The position numbers were made by a program, and so were the translations under genes. DNA of 64,000 nt from positions 5,630 to 69,629 of the forward strand of contig SICV01000004.1 in NCBI GenBank assembly GCA_009694725.1, written 5' to 3'. Origin of the DNA: Candidatus Pacearchaeota archaeon (GTDB lineage Archaea; Nanobdellota; Nanobdellia; Pacearchaeales; GW2011-AR1). The notes beneath the pieces are model-generated. The model was not told the origin of the DNA. It saw only the letters and a list, made by a program, of their open reading frames with translations, and ran no database searches. This document shows positions 24,671-33,714 of this stretch, piece after piece. Positions within the stretch are counted from its first letter, which is position 1, and each line of letters starts with the position of its first letter.

Positions 24671-26468
24671 AACAATAGGCATTGATTTAGGCACAACGTT
24701 CTCTGCAGTGAGTATTATGGAAGGTGGTAGACCGAAGATTATCCCTAATACTGAAGGAAATAATACGACCCCGAGTGTAGTTTCGATTAATGGGGATGAA
24801 ATATTAGTAGGTGATATTGCAAAAAGAGGGGCTGTTGCAAATCCAAAGAGCACCATTCGTAGTATCAAACGACAAATGGGAACAAAAAAAATGTCAAAAA
24901 TTGGAGATAAAGAATACTCTCCCGAACAAATCTCGGCAATGATCTTACAAAAATTAAAGAAAGACGCTGAAGCCTATCTCGGACACCCCGTAACTGACGC
25001 AGTCATAACTGTTCCGGCCTATTTTGGAGATGCCCAACGAAATGCAACCAAAAATGCAGGAGTTATTGCAGGGTTAAACGTAAAAAGAATTATTAACGAA
25101 CCAACTGCAGCAGCATTAGCGTACGGTTTAGACAAATCCCATGATCATACCATATTGGTATTTGATTTCGGAGGGGGAACATTTGACGTATCAATCTTAG
25201 AATTAGGCGGAGGCATTTTCGAAGTGAAGTCAACCAGCGGAGATAATTTTCTCGGTGGAGATGATATCGATAACCTCATCATAGACTTCTTAATCGCTGA
25301 ATTCAAAAAAGAAAGTGGCATTGATCTCAAAAATGATTTAATTGCCCTACAACGATTACGGGACGCCTCAGAAAAAGCAAAAATTGAACTCAGCTCTTCT
25401 CAACAAACAAAAATAACAATTCCTTACATTTCAGCAGGCACCGATGGCCCCAAACACCTAGACGTTACCTTAACCCGCGCAAACTTTGAAAAAATTTGTG
25501 AACCAATTTTTGAAAAATTAAGAAATCCTACCAAACAAGCAATCAAAGACGCAAAAATGCCCAAGATTGATAAAGTCATCCTCGTAGGCGGAAGTACAAG
25601 AATTCCAAAAGTACAAAAATTAGTTGAAGAAATTACAGGCCTAGTTCCAGATAAATCCGTTAATCCTGATGAAGCAGTTTCACTTGGTGCAGCAATACAA
25701 GGTGCGATCATCAGTGGAGATGTAAAAGATATTTTACTCTTAGACGTCACTTCCTTAACCTTGGGCATTGAAGCAATGGGTGGGCTTAAAGTCTCCTTAA
25801 TTGAACGAAATACCACTATCCCTACCAAAAAAAGTGAAATCTTCACCACCGCCGCAGATAATCAACACGCCGTAACCATTAATGTCTTACAAGGAGAACG
25901 AGAAATGGCTGCGGACAATAAATCACTCGGGACATTTGACTTAGTAGGCATACCCCCAGCTCCCCGAGGTATACCAAAGATTGAAGTTACCTTCGATATT
26001 GATACAAACGGTATCGTGAATGTTTCAGCAAAAGATTTGGGAACAGGTAAAGAACAGAAAATAACCGTCTCGGGAAGTTCGCTCACTGATAAAGAAATTG
26101 AAGCAATGGTTAAAGAAGCTGAAAAATTCAAAGAAGAAGATAAACGAAAGCGAGACGAAATAGAAACGAAAAATGAAGCAGAATCACTTATTTATGCAAC
26201 TGAAAAAATGCTCAACGACTATAAAGAAAAAGTAGACAAAGAAACCATCAGCAAAATAAGAAAAGAAGTCGACGAATTGAAGGAAACACTTACCAAGGGC
26301 ACAACTGACGAAATTAAAATGAAACTAGAATCCGTACAAAAAGTATCTCAGGAATTGGGTGTAAAAATGTATGAACAAGCTGCAAAAGAACAAGCAGAAA
26401 AGACGCCTTCTTCAACAGATGCAAAAACAGTAGACGCAGAAGTCGTCACCGATTCTACTAAAAAGTAA
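24663..26468 (+). CDS. dnaK: chaperone DnaK (Hsp70)
   Basis: [34 protein letters not shown] and related motifs; full Hsp70 architecture. Confidence 0.98.
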   Translation: MNKTIGIDLGTTFSAVSIMEGGRPKIIPNTEGNNTTPSVVSINGDEILVGDIAKRGAVANPKSTIRSIKRQMGTKKMSKIGDKEYSPEQISAMILQKLKKDAEAYLGHPVTDAVITVPAYFGDAQRNATKNAGVIAGLNVKRIINEPTAAALAYGLDKSHDHTILVFDFGGGTFDVSILELGGGIFEVKSTSGDNFLGGDDIDNLIIDFLIAEFKKESGIDLKNDLIALQRLRDASEKAKIELSSSQQTKITIPYISAGTDGPKHLDVTLTRANFEKICEPIFEKLRNPTKQAIKDAKMPKIDKVILVGGSTRIPKVQKLVEEITGLVPDKSVNPDEAVSLGAAIQGAIISGDVKDILLLDVTSLTLGIEAMGGLKVSLIERNTTIPTKKSEIFTTAADNQHAVTINVLQGEREMAADNKSLGTFDLVGIPPAPRGIPKIEVTFDIDTNGIVNVSAKDLGTGKEQKITVSGSSLTDKEIEAMVKEAEKFKEEDKRKRDEIETKNEAESLIYATEKMLNDYKEKVDKETISKIRKEVDELKETLTKGTTDEIKMKLESVQKVSQELGVKMYEQAAKEQAEKTPSSTDAKTVDAEVVTDSTKK

Positions 26469-26516
26469 AAAAGCATGATACCGTAAATTTAAAAGAAGAT
26501 ATCTCCCTCATACTCT

Positions 26517-27593
26517 ATGGCTACAAAAGATTATTATAAAATACTCGGAGTAACAAGCACTGATTCAAGTGACACAATTAAAAAAAGCTATAAAAAATTA
26601 GCCTTGAAATTCCATCCTGATAAAGTGAGCCCTGATAAAAAGAAAGAGTATGAAGAAAAATTCAAAGAAATAAATGAAGCCTATAGCACCCTGAGTGATG
26701 AAACAAAGAGAAGAAGTTACGATAGGGGCGAAACAAACAACTACGCTCAATCCTCTCAATCCTCTCAATCTTCTCAATTCGAAGGAGGAGATCTTTCAGA
26801 TATATTCCGAAATTTATTCCGGGGAGGTTCATTCGGCAATCAATTTTCAGAGGAAGAAGATGCGAACACAGGCAACGATCTACAATATGAAGTAGTCCTT
26901 GAATTTACCGAAGCGGCATTTGGATGTGAAAAAGAATTGTTCATTAAAAAGGATATACTCTGTACTCTCTGTAAAGGAGATGGGGCAGAAAATAAGCAAT
27001 TTAAAACGTGTACTACGTGCAATGGGCAGGGCAGACTCAAAATGAATCAACGAACTCCTTTTGGCACGATAAGCCAAACGATTACGTGTACTACCTGTAG
27101 AGGAAAGGGTAAAATCCCAGAGCATAAGTGCCCCCACTGTAAAGGCGCAGGAATCATCTCAAGCAAAGAAAAAGTAACCGTCAAAATACCTGGAGGGATC
27201 AATGCAGGTCAAACCTTGCGAGTAAAGAATGGGGGGAATGCACTGCAAAATGGCACACCAGGAGATTTATTTGTAGTAATCGCAATCAAACCCCATCCAC
27301 GCTTTACCCGAGATGAATATGATATCTCTATGGAACTTCCGATTACCTTCTCCCAGGCAGCCCTAGGGGGCGAACAAGCAGTACCCACACTTTCATCTGA
27401 AGAAATAACTATTAAGATAGAGAAAGGAACCGAATCAGGCACTCGATTACGTCTCAAAGGACAAGGCATTCCCTATCTTAACCACCCTTCTCACCGAGGA
27501 GATCAATTCATTACTCTTAAAATAAAAACCCCGAAGAAACTCACCAAAGCACAAACAAAGTTACTGGAAGAGTTAGCGAAGTTGGATGAATAA
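26517..27593 (+). CDS. dnaJ: co-chaperone DnaJ (type I: J domain, G/F-like linker, 4x CxxCxGxG zinc finger)
   Basis: DYYKILGV...KFHPDK, then CTLCKGDG, CTTCNGQG, CTTCRGKG and CPHCKGAG. Own TATA box at 26488-26495. Confidence 0.97.
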   Translation: MATKDYYKILGVTSTDSSDTIKKSYKKLALKFHPDKVSPDKKKEYEEKFKEINEAYSTLSDETKRRSYDRGETNNYAQSSQSSQSSQFEGGDLSDIFRNLFRGGSFGNQFSEEEDANTGNDLQYEVVLEFTEAAFGCEKELFIKKDILCTLCKGDGAENKQFKTCTTCNGQGRLKMNQRTPFGTISQTITCTTCRGKGKIPEHKCPHCKGAGIISSKEKVTVKIPGGINAGQTLRVKNGGNALQNGTPGDLFVVIAIKPHPRFTRDEYDISMELPITFSQAALGGEQAVPTLSSEEITIKIEKGTESGTRLRLKGQGIPYLNHPSHRGDQFITLKIKTPKKLTKAQTKLLEELAKLDE

Positions 27594-27718
27594 TAACGCT
27601 CTAAGGAATTAAACATAATAGTTAGCTTACCCCCTAGGACTTATAGGTTCTGCTCACTTGAATGAGTTATTCCAGATAAATGACTTGAGAATATAGGGCA
27701 GGTTAAGACTATCTTCTT

Positions 27719-28792
27719 CTAACAAGGGTTAAGGGTAACTAACGTCATCTCACTTGATGTTCCTAATCGTAACGGTGGACCCCAGGTTCCCACCCCTTGC
27801 GAAATAAAAATATGTGAACCCTGCAATGAATGCAATCCTCGTACATAACGATAGGTGAGACGTACAAAAAGAGTGAAGGGAAATAACTGCCCCCCATGTG
27901 TATGTCCTGAAAGCTCGAGGTCAACCCCTTGACGCACAGCTTCGGGAAATCCAGTCGGAGCATGATTTAATAAAAGGGTGAAAAAATATTTAGAAAACTT
28001 CAATCTCTTAATATGGGAGATAACTTCTTGGGTGCCCTCATAAAAATCAACTCCTGCAATCTGGATCCCTGCATGCTTCACAATTTCATTCCGTAAAACT
28101 CGCACCTTTGTCTTTCGAAGGATACGAAGCACACCTTCAAGCCCATCATAAATCTCATGATTCCCAATGACATAAAAGACAGGGGCGCGAATATCATTGA
28201 GAGACTGCAACATCGTAGAACTCACCGGAGCACTGCCATCAACCAAATCACCAGTAATAACCACAATATCAGGATTAAGACGATTAGTACGAACAACAAG
28301 CTTCTCCAAGAAGGGAGCCAGGTTAATTGTGCCTAAGTGAATATCAGATAACTGCACAATTCTGAGAGATTTTCGTAGCTTCCGAGAGGAAAGGACAACT
28401 TCGCGAAGTCTCACATGTCTTGCATTGATAAATCCAAACAAAACTAATCCTATGTCCAGAACCATGAGTATACTCCCCGATAGAAAAGGTGAAAATCCAA
28501 TAAAAACGGATACTATCTGAAAGAGAAGAACTAACCATACTCCGATAAATAAAGCCCCCATCCACAAACAGGAAAGAAAATAGAATGAGCGCGTAAAAAG
28601 AGTTGATTTCTTACGTTCAAAGAAAGCAGCTAACGGATAGGCAACAACACAAGCGAGGATAAGCCCGTAAAATCCCCTATTCTTTGAAAAACCAAATAAA
28701 TCTGCAAAGGTAGAAAAGACATAATAATGAAATAAGAAGAAGATGGTTACAAATACTGTAATGACTCCCAGTAGTTGAAGTGAGCGTTTCAT
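27719..28792 (-). CDS. membrane-anchored calcineurin-like metallophosphoesterase
   Basis: N-terminal TM helices followed by SDIHLG, ITGDLVD, GNHE and GHTHGGQ motifs. Confidence 0.85.
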   Translation of the reverse strand: MKRSLQLLGVITVFVTIFFLFHYYVFSTFADLFGFSKNRGFYGLILACVVAYPLAAFFERKKSTLFTRSFYFLSCLWMGALFIGVWLVLLFQIVSVFIGFSPFLSGSILMVLDIGLVLFGFINARHVRLREVVLSSRKLRKSLRIVQLSDIHLGTINLAPFLEKLVVRTNRLNPDIVVITGDLVDGSAPVSSTMLQSLNDIRAPVFYVIGNHEIYDGLEGVLRILRKTKVRVLRNEIVKHAGIQIAGVDFYEGTQEVISHIKRLKFSKYFFTLLLNHAPTGFPEAVRQGVDLELSGHTHGGQLFPFTLFVRLTYRYVRGLHSLQGSHIFISQGVGTWGPPLRLGTSSEMTLVTLNPC

Positions 28793-28903
28793 AAAAAGCT
28801 AAGTTGATGAGCCATATTAAAACTATCTCTGCTCCGCACTGAATGAAAACGTACAGAAAGAGAATTGAACTTTATGATTCACCTTTTGCACGGTTTAGTT
28901 TAC

Positions 28904-29144
28904 TCCCCCCACCCAGAATCGGACTGGGGTAACCCGGGTACTGTCATGCTGTTCTAACGAACAACTGCTGATCACGTTTCATTGTATGTCCAGGATGGAC
29001 ACTCCACGTTAGTCTGCTTCGTTCCTTTGTGTAAGGAGGGTGAAGCGTCAGGGATTCTCCTCGTTGCATACCTTTGGGGTGATGCGTGAGGGGTTTCCCC
29101 TATGCTGACTACAGCCAGGTGCTCTACCATTGAGCTATAGGGGG
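28904..29144 (-). tRNA. tRNA-Tyr (anticodon GUA) with a ~170-nt intron at 37/38
   Basis: Exons are 29144-29109 and 28938-28904. C1-G72 with A73. D arm GCUC-AAUGGUA-GAGC. Anticodon stem CCUGG/CCGGG. T arm CCCAG-UCCGAUU-CUGGG. BHB central helix CUGU/ACAG with 3-nt bulges. Caveat: C rather than U at T-loop position 55. Confidence 0.7.
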
Positions 29145-29284
29145 ACTGTGTAATGAAAGAAGTACAACGAGTGATGCCTCCTTTAAAGGAAGTGATGCGT
29201 CGAGAGTTCCCGTGCAATGTCCTTTGTTGGGGGTGATGCGTCAGGGGGTTTCCCCCTACGCAAGCGCTGTACCGCAACCAATAC
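29145..29284 (-). ncRNA. structured ~140-nt 5' leader of the tRNA-Tyr transcript (candidate embedded small RNA)
   Basis: The only TATA box upstream of tRNA-Tyr is at 29306-29313. The leader contains a G5-AAA-C5 hairpin and three GCAUCAC words. A possible closing helix is GUACAGC (29272-29266) with GUUGUAC (29168-29162). It is paralogous to part of the intron. Confidence 0.35.
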
Positions 29285-29305
29285 ACTATTCTCCATAATC
29301 CAAGG

Positions 29306-29313
29306 TTTATAAA
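29306..29313. promoter_or_regulatory. palindromic TATA box (TTTATAAA) upstream of the tRNA-Tyr leader
   Basis: It is the only A/T box in the 170 nt upstream of tRNA-Tyr. It could also fire toward the weak plus-strand ORF at 29358. Confidence 0.4.
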
Positions 29314-29616
29314 TCTTGAGAGGAAAGATTTATACACAACAAAGAAAGAGAAGAAACATGGGAAACGTAGCACAATGGACTATAGGTTTATGGGCCGCAA
29401 GAATGATTGACATGCCACCCCGAAACGAACAAGCACGAACAGGGTCTCTCTTCAACTATAAAGAACAAAGACCAGACGACGCATCAAGTGAGCAGACCTA
29501 CCGCCCACTCTTTCCCGATTCTACGATCCCTACCTTCTCCAACCGTGGCACATAACAAAAACGTACATTAGATACCTACTTGCTTATCAAAAAAATATAT
29601 ACGATGCGGTGTGAAT

Positions 29617-30981
29617 TTATTCACTCTTCATCGTATCAGCTAAGAAATATGCACGATTAGACATCACTTCATGTGTCTTTCCCTTATGCTCAAAGACAGT
29701 CGTTGCAGAAGGTAATTCAAATCGTCCAATCGGATTGACATCAGAGTACATAATATACGAAAAGACCCGCTCTTCACCTGCTTGTAAGGTGCCTACATCC
29801 CAGAACAAACGACGGGTAGCGGATTCAATTCGATCAGGACGTAATCCAAATTGCTCATATAATTTTGCCATACCAGGTAAGCGATCAATAACCTGTACAC
29901 CATCAACGTGATGTTTAGAACGAACAAAGATACGCACTTTCAAAGCAAATTGTCCCCCCTTTGTCTTCACATACGAAACTTGTTTACGCACAACAACTGC
30001 AGTAGACGTGTACACATGTACTAAGAAGCTAATAACAACAACCAATAAAAGAATCAATAAAGGAAGTGTGTAATTCGTGGTTGTCATCACAGACCACGAT
30101 TCTCCCGGTTGTAATTGTTCTTGCCACACATACGTAACGGATAATCCTGAGCGTTTGACATCAGTAGGAGCAGGATTTGCAGCAGTAAACAAACGAGAAA
30201 TAATATCTTTCTGAATCGTAATCGTATCAGCGACAACAACATTCCCTGCATTTGTCTTCTCTATTTTATTTTCACGAATAATAAATCCTTCCGAAGATTC
30301 ACTTACTGAAGTTCCTTGTTGTTCCAAATAATGGAGCGTTCCGTGAATAGTTCCTTTTCCTGCTTGCGGCTGAGCAACCTCAATATCGACAACATATGCC
30401 CCTGCAGCAAGTTTACTTCGCTCTTCAACTGAAATAGGAATCGTTACGGTAGTTGTTCCAAAGGGCACAAGAGAAATTGTTTTTTGTTGAGTAAAGAACG
30501 GAGAAGAAAAAGTCGCCGAAAGATCTTCAAATCGAGCATTTTGATTATTCTTAAGAGTAAATGTCAAAGAATCATCTAAATACCGCATATTCACCGGAAA
30601 AACTTCAAGCGTATCTTTCAAAGAAGCAATACGAAGTTGAAGAGTAGCACTTTGAATTGGAGAACGACGACTTGTTATAAAATATTCAAAAGAGAAAATG
30701 CCATCACGTTTACGAATATCCCTATTCGTAAAGGCAAGCACATCAATATCCTGGGTTCCATCCGTAACATCAAAACTTCCCCGTGGACTAAAGGTTACTC
30801 CCACTAACGAATAAAGCTCGAGTGTATCCTCCCCTCCAGCATTAATGGTAAACGTATAATGGGCAGGATTATCTAATTCCGCAACAACCACTGACCCTTC
30901 ATCTACAACCTGGATCGACACTACCCCCGCAACAAAGGGGAAAAGCAATAAAGCTAGTAGGAACAACATACTCTTTGACAT
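29617..30981 (-). CDS. secreted/membrane protein with signal peptide, beta-rich ectodomain, internal TM and C-terminal domain (~454 aa)
   Basis: MSKSMLFLLALLLFPFVAG signal and internal TM (LPLLILLLVVVISFLVHVY). ATG at 30981 chosen by TATA spacing (TTTAAA at 31005-31010). Last gene of the metzincin cluster. Confidence 0.7.
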   Translation of the reverse strand: MSKSMLFLLALLLFPFVAGVVSIQVVDEGSVVVAELDNPAHYTFTINAGGEDTLELYSLVGVTFSPRGSFDVTDGTQDIDVLAFTNRDIRKRDGIFSFEYFITSRRSPIQSATLQLRIASLKDTLEVFPVNMRYLDDSLTFTLKNNQNARFEDLSATFSSPFFTQQKTISLVPFGTTTVTIPISVEERSKLAAGAYVVDIEVAQPQAGKGTIHGTLHYLEQQGTSVSESSEGFIIRENKIEKTNAGNVVVADTITIQKDIISRLFTAANPAPTDVKRSGLSVTYVWQEQLQPGESWSVMTTTNYTLPLLILLLVVVISFLVHVYTSTAVVVRKQVSYVKTKGGQFALKVRIFVRSKHHVDGVQVIDRLPGMAKLYEQFGLRPDRIESATRRLFWDVGTLQAGEERVFSYIMYSDVNPIGRFELPSATTVFEHKGKTHEVMSNRAYFLADTMKSE

Positions 30982-31030
30982 ACACACAGGATGAGACAGA
31001 GATATTTAAAGATTTGTGTAGAAAAAGTAT

Positions 31031-31531
31031 TTATCGTCGACCAGTACTTTCTAAAAAGATCTTCAATTTTTCCTTAAAATCACGCACATTTCCTTTGACA
31101 GCATCTTCCATCGTATCCACACGACCAGGAATGAGGTATTTAGCGTATAATTCACGCATAAAAGTATAAGTCGGACTTTCATTCCACTTAGAACTCGGAT
31201 CCTGAATCAATGCGCCCTTAATCTCTACACTCACCGTCCCTTTATTCGTTTTCTTTTTCTTACCGTCTGATTCAACTTCCACATCAGTCAATCCACGCGT
31301 TTCAAATTTAACTCCAATTTCAATTTTAAAATAATCACTCATACCTTTGGCACATTTCCATTCAACGGTAATCTCCTTAGCCCCACCTGAATGTTTCTCA
31401 CTATATTTTTCTTCAGTCACTCCGTAACTTTCGTCCTTAAACCAAGTATAGGCGAATGCGTAAAAATCATCAAAACTAAATAAACCCGTATGTTCTAATT
31501 TTTCCTTAATGAGTAAATCTTTCTCGGCCAT
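31031..31531 (-). CDS. hypothetical soluble protein, 166 aa
   Basis: Clean ORF starting 7 nt after the metzincin stop. No motif recognised. Confidence 0.65.
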   Translation of the reverse strand: MAEKDLLIKEKLEHTGLFSFDDFYAFAYTWFKDESYGVTEEKYSEKHSGGAKEITVEWKCAKGMSDYFKIEIGVKFETRGLTDVEVESDGKKKKTNKGTVSVEIKGALIQDPSSKWNESPTYTFMRELYAKYLIPGRVDTMEDAVKGNVRDFKEKLKIFLESTGRR

Positions 31532-31538
31532 CTTTCCC

Positions 31539-32477
31539 TCACGAAGCCCCTTTGCTATTTAAAGGTTCTCCAGTCGCCAACGTAGCCCCATTATTACGTA
31601 ACGATAATTCAGGTTCATTGGTGAGAACAATAAATTGTACTGAAGTAATCTGTGACGCACGGATATTATCTACTGATAAAATCTTACGCTTACCCAAACC
31701 AACGTCTCCCACATCGAATTCTCGCCGAATATCTCCTTCTACAACCAACGTTGCATTAGAAACATCCGCTAAACCCTCATTAACAATCGTTACAGTAAAG
31801 CCAAAATACCCCTCCGCAATCGAGATATTCGCATCACGTAACACTAAATCAGCGTAGGGAGGTAGAGAGTACAATCGAGTCAATTCATCAGTAATACGGG
31901 TATCCAGGTATTGTCCACAATCAGTAACTGGATACATAATACTCAAGGGATCACTTGTATGATCAAAGCCAAGGGCATGTAAAATTTCATGTAACGCAAC
32001 ATGAGGAGTATCACAGGATTCATCTCGATACAAAGAAACATTTGCTGCTTGAATAATATAAAATTCACTGGCATTAATCGTCTTTGTTGGTCCTCCTTCT
32101 CCCGCAACAAAATGATCTGCTTCTTCACCAGGAACTTCAATATCTTGACAACTAATGAAAAAAACAGGAGTTCCAGACATGGTGAAGCGTAGAGGTGTAC
32201 GCGCTTCAAGTAAAGCAAATGAATCTAAGACTACTCGCTCTTTAGCTGGAGTACACGCCTGTGCAAATGAATACACAATGGTAGGGGAAACAAATCGCAT
32301 ATTACCATAAAATTGCCCCGCACTAGCAGGTAATCCTGAAGAAAGGTTCTGTACAAAAGCAACCTGTGCCCGTTGTTGTTCCAATACAGGTACCGTTTGT
32401 AACAAAAGAAAAATACCAAACCCTGCAAGAATAACCAATCCGACCAAAGCGGCAGAAAAAAAGACATCCGTATCCAT
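31539..32477 (-). CDS. membrane-anchored metzincin zinc metalloprotease (matrixin-like) with a CARDB-like C-terminal domain
   Basis: HEILHALGFDH plus Met-turn SIMYP. N-terminal TM (FFSAALVGLVILAGFGIFLLL). C-terminal ADLVLRDANISIAEGYFGFTVTIVNEG. ATG at 32477 chosen by TATA spacing. Confidence 0.75.
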   Translation of the reverse strand: MDTDVFFSAALVGLVILAGFGIFLLLQTVPVLEQQRAQVAFVQNLSSGLPASAGQFYGNMRFVSPTIVYSFAQACTPAKERVVLDSFALLEARTPLRFTMSGTPVFFISCQDIEVPGEEADHFVAGEGGPTKTINASEFYIIQAANVSLYRDESCDTPHVALHEILHALGFDHTSDPLSIMYPVTDCGQYLDTRITDELTRLYSLPPYADLVLRDANISIAEGYFGFTVTIVNEGLADVSNATLVVEGDIRREFDVGDVGLGKRKILSVDNIRASQITSVQFIVLTNEPELSLRNNGATLATGEPLNSKGAS

Positions 32478-32498
32478 ACAATGAGGGGTAAACACGAT

Positions 32499-32506
32499 TT
32501 TATATA
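32499..32506. promoter_or_regulatory. single TATA box (TTTATATA) shared by the divergent metzincin (-, 32477) and archease (+, 32529) genes
   Basis: The box centre is 25-27 nt from both ATGs. The start codons are 52 nt apart. Confidence 0.5.
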
Positions 32507-32528
32507 CCTGTTCCCCTTTTCTCCCCCC

Positions 32529-32927
32529 ATGCCCTTCACCTTCCTTGAGCACGATGCAGATATCAAAATAGCCCTCAACAGCCCGAGTGAACAAGGCATT
32601 TACGAAGAAACAATCAAAGCCGTAGCAGCATACAGCACCGAAACACCTATTCAAGCAAACAAGGGAAAAACAATCACAGTCAAAGGAAATGATCGTAAAG
32701 CACTGCTCTATGCATTTATTGAAGAACTTCTCTTCCTCATAGACACACAGCACTTCATAGCCTGTAAAGGCACCGTTCTTATCCGAGGCAATAATCTCCA
32801 GGCAGAACTCTATGGGGATGACACAACAAAATACGCACTCGAATCAATCAAAGCCCCCACGTTTGCAGAAATGCACTTTGAAAAAGGAAAAGCAGGCTGG
32901 GAAGCAATCGTGGTACTTGACGTCTAA
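32529..32927 (+). CDS. archease (RtcB activator)
   Basis: MPFTFLEHDADIKI at the N-terminus and IKAPTFAEMHF...WEAIVVLDV at the C-terminus, ~132 aa. This fits the archease pattern. Confidence 0.85.
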   Translation: MPFTFLEHDADIKIALNSPSEQGIYEETIKAVAAYSTETPIQANKGKTITVKGNDRKALLYAFIEELLFLIDTQHFIACKGTVLIRGNNLQAELYGDDTTKYALESIKAPTFAEMHFEKGKAGWEAIVVLDV

Positions 32928-32949
32928 CCCGTATACCAAAAGCAAAAAA

Positions 32950-33405
32950 TCAAGAAACAGAAACGTGACTCAATTCCTTTCCAATAAGATCGAAAGAAAA
33001 AGTAGGTTCTAGAGAAAGACGATATTTGAAAGGAAAAGCAGTTTTAAAAGCAACTTTTTCAATATCTTCTTTAGCAAAACGTAAATACCCTCCGACACTT
33101 TGAGGAAGAGGGGGCCGAGACCCCTTAAGAGTAGGGTGAGAATGAGAAGCAACTCTATAATGCTGATCAAAATTCAATGCAAGTTCAGGATATAGTATAT
33201 TGAATGCACCAATAAGATGCCGTGCATTGTGTTCAAGAAGTGCAGAAGAAGGTTGTGCAAGTAAATTGAGATAAATCAGATTATTAGTACTCATACGTGC
33301 AGAGGTATCTACCGCTACATTGATCACATCCCGGATAAAGGGGGCAGCACAATCCCTACTATCTCGTGAAAGCAGGGGATGCTTCAAAAGCGAAGAGGAA
33401 GACAT
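32950..33405 (-). CDS. hypothetical protein, 151 aa
   Basis: ATG at 33405 is 29 nt from the TTTATATA box (plus-strand 33427-33434). It has one H-x-T-L word (HPTL) but no second, so it is not called a 2H phosphoesterase. Confidence 0.5.
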   Translation of the reverse strand: MSSSSLLKHPLLSRDSRDCAAPFIRDVINVAVDTSARMSTNNLIYLNLLAQPSSALLEHNARHLIGAFNILYPELALNFDQHYRVASHSHPTLKGSRPPLPQSVGGYLRFAKEDIEKVAFKTAFPFKYRLSLEPTFSFDLIGKELSHVSVS

Positions 33406-33439
33406 ACAAAGAAAGCAAAGAAACGGTATATAAAACTGC

Positions 33440-33661
33440 TTATCCAAACCCAGGATGACTCGGACAAGAAGGGTCAGGCAAATGATACGAGTCATGACGC
33501 ACCCCCCCATATTCAACGCGAGACCCATCACTTATGGGCAAATGAGGGGGAACGGCAGGAGCAGCAGCAATCCGTCGTACACGTTCTAATTCCCATTCCG
33601 CCCTACTTAAAATGCCCACTAGAAGAGAGGGAGGAGGTACAAAAGAGGAATCATCAGCCAT
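33440..33661 (-). CDS. small hypothetical P/A-rich protein, 73 aa
   Basis: The second ATG (33661) fits the spacing to the shared TATA box at 33686-33693. Composition is odd and support is weak. Confidence 0.3.
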   Translation of the reverse strand: MADDSSFVPPPSLLVGILSRAEWELERVRRIAAAPAVPPHLPISDGSRVEYGGVRHDSYHLPDPSCPSHPGFG

Positions 33662-33685
33662 GGGAATTCCACTCATCGCCGAGCG

Positions 33686-33693
33686 TTTATAAA
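33686..33693. promoter_or_regulatory. palindromic TATA box (TTTATAAA) shared by rtcB (+) and the divergent small ORF (-)
   Basis: Starts 29 nt before the rtcB ATG. Its far edge is 32 nt from the ATG at 33661. Confidence 0.45.
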
Positions 33694-33714
33694 GCTTGAC
33701 CCTCGTATATCGTC

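Noticed and set aside
29014-29025. GGAACGAAGCAG in the intron, which resembles the SRP RNA helix-8 GGAA...AGCAG motif
   Set aside because: The flanking bases cannot form the helix-8 stem, and no other SRP RNA elements are present.
29079-29108. Plus-strand reading GUGAUGC...CUGA as a box C/D sRNA antisense to the tRNA
   Set aside because: The C box is imperfect and the spacer is only ~19 nt. There are no C'/D' boxes and no plus-strand promoter. The word is better explained as the reverse complement of the repeated GCAUCAC in the tRNA transcript.
29256-29294. tRNA 5'-half-like sequence (GGAGAAU-AG-UGUA-loop-UACA-G-CGCUU) at the start of the tRNA-Tyr leader, which would suggest a split tRNA
   Set aside because: No proper anticodon loop follows, as no U33 context is possible. 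No matching AUUCUCC 3' half with a T arm exists in the window. TATA spacing predicts transcription starts at about 29284, downstream of the GGAGAAU.
28972-29373. 133-aa minus-strand ORF from the track
   Set aside because: It lies entirely over the tRNA-Tyr exons, intron and structured leader. Its composition looks like translated RNA-gene sequence, and no promoter is spaced for its start.
29316-29555. 79-aa ORF (or 65 aa from the ATG at 29358) divergent from the tRNA-Tyr unit
   Set aside because: It has a TTG start, and the internal ATG is ~50 nt from the TATA box without an SD. Composition is unremarkable. It is possible but unsupported.
32478-32753. 92-aa Cys-rich N-terminal extension of the metzincin ORF
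   Set aside because: It overlaps the archease gene and the shared TATA box on the other strand. M93 is followed immediately by a TM helix and has correct promoter spacing.
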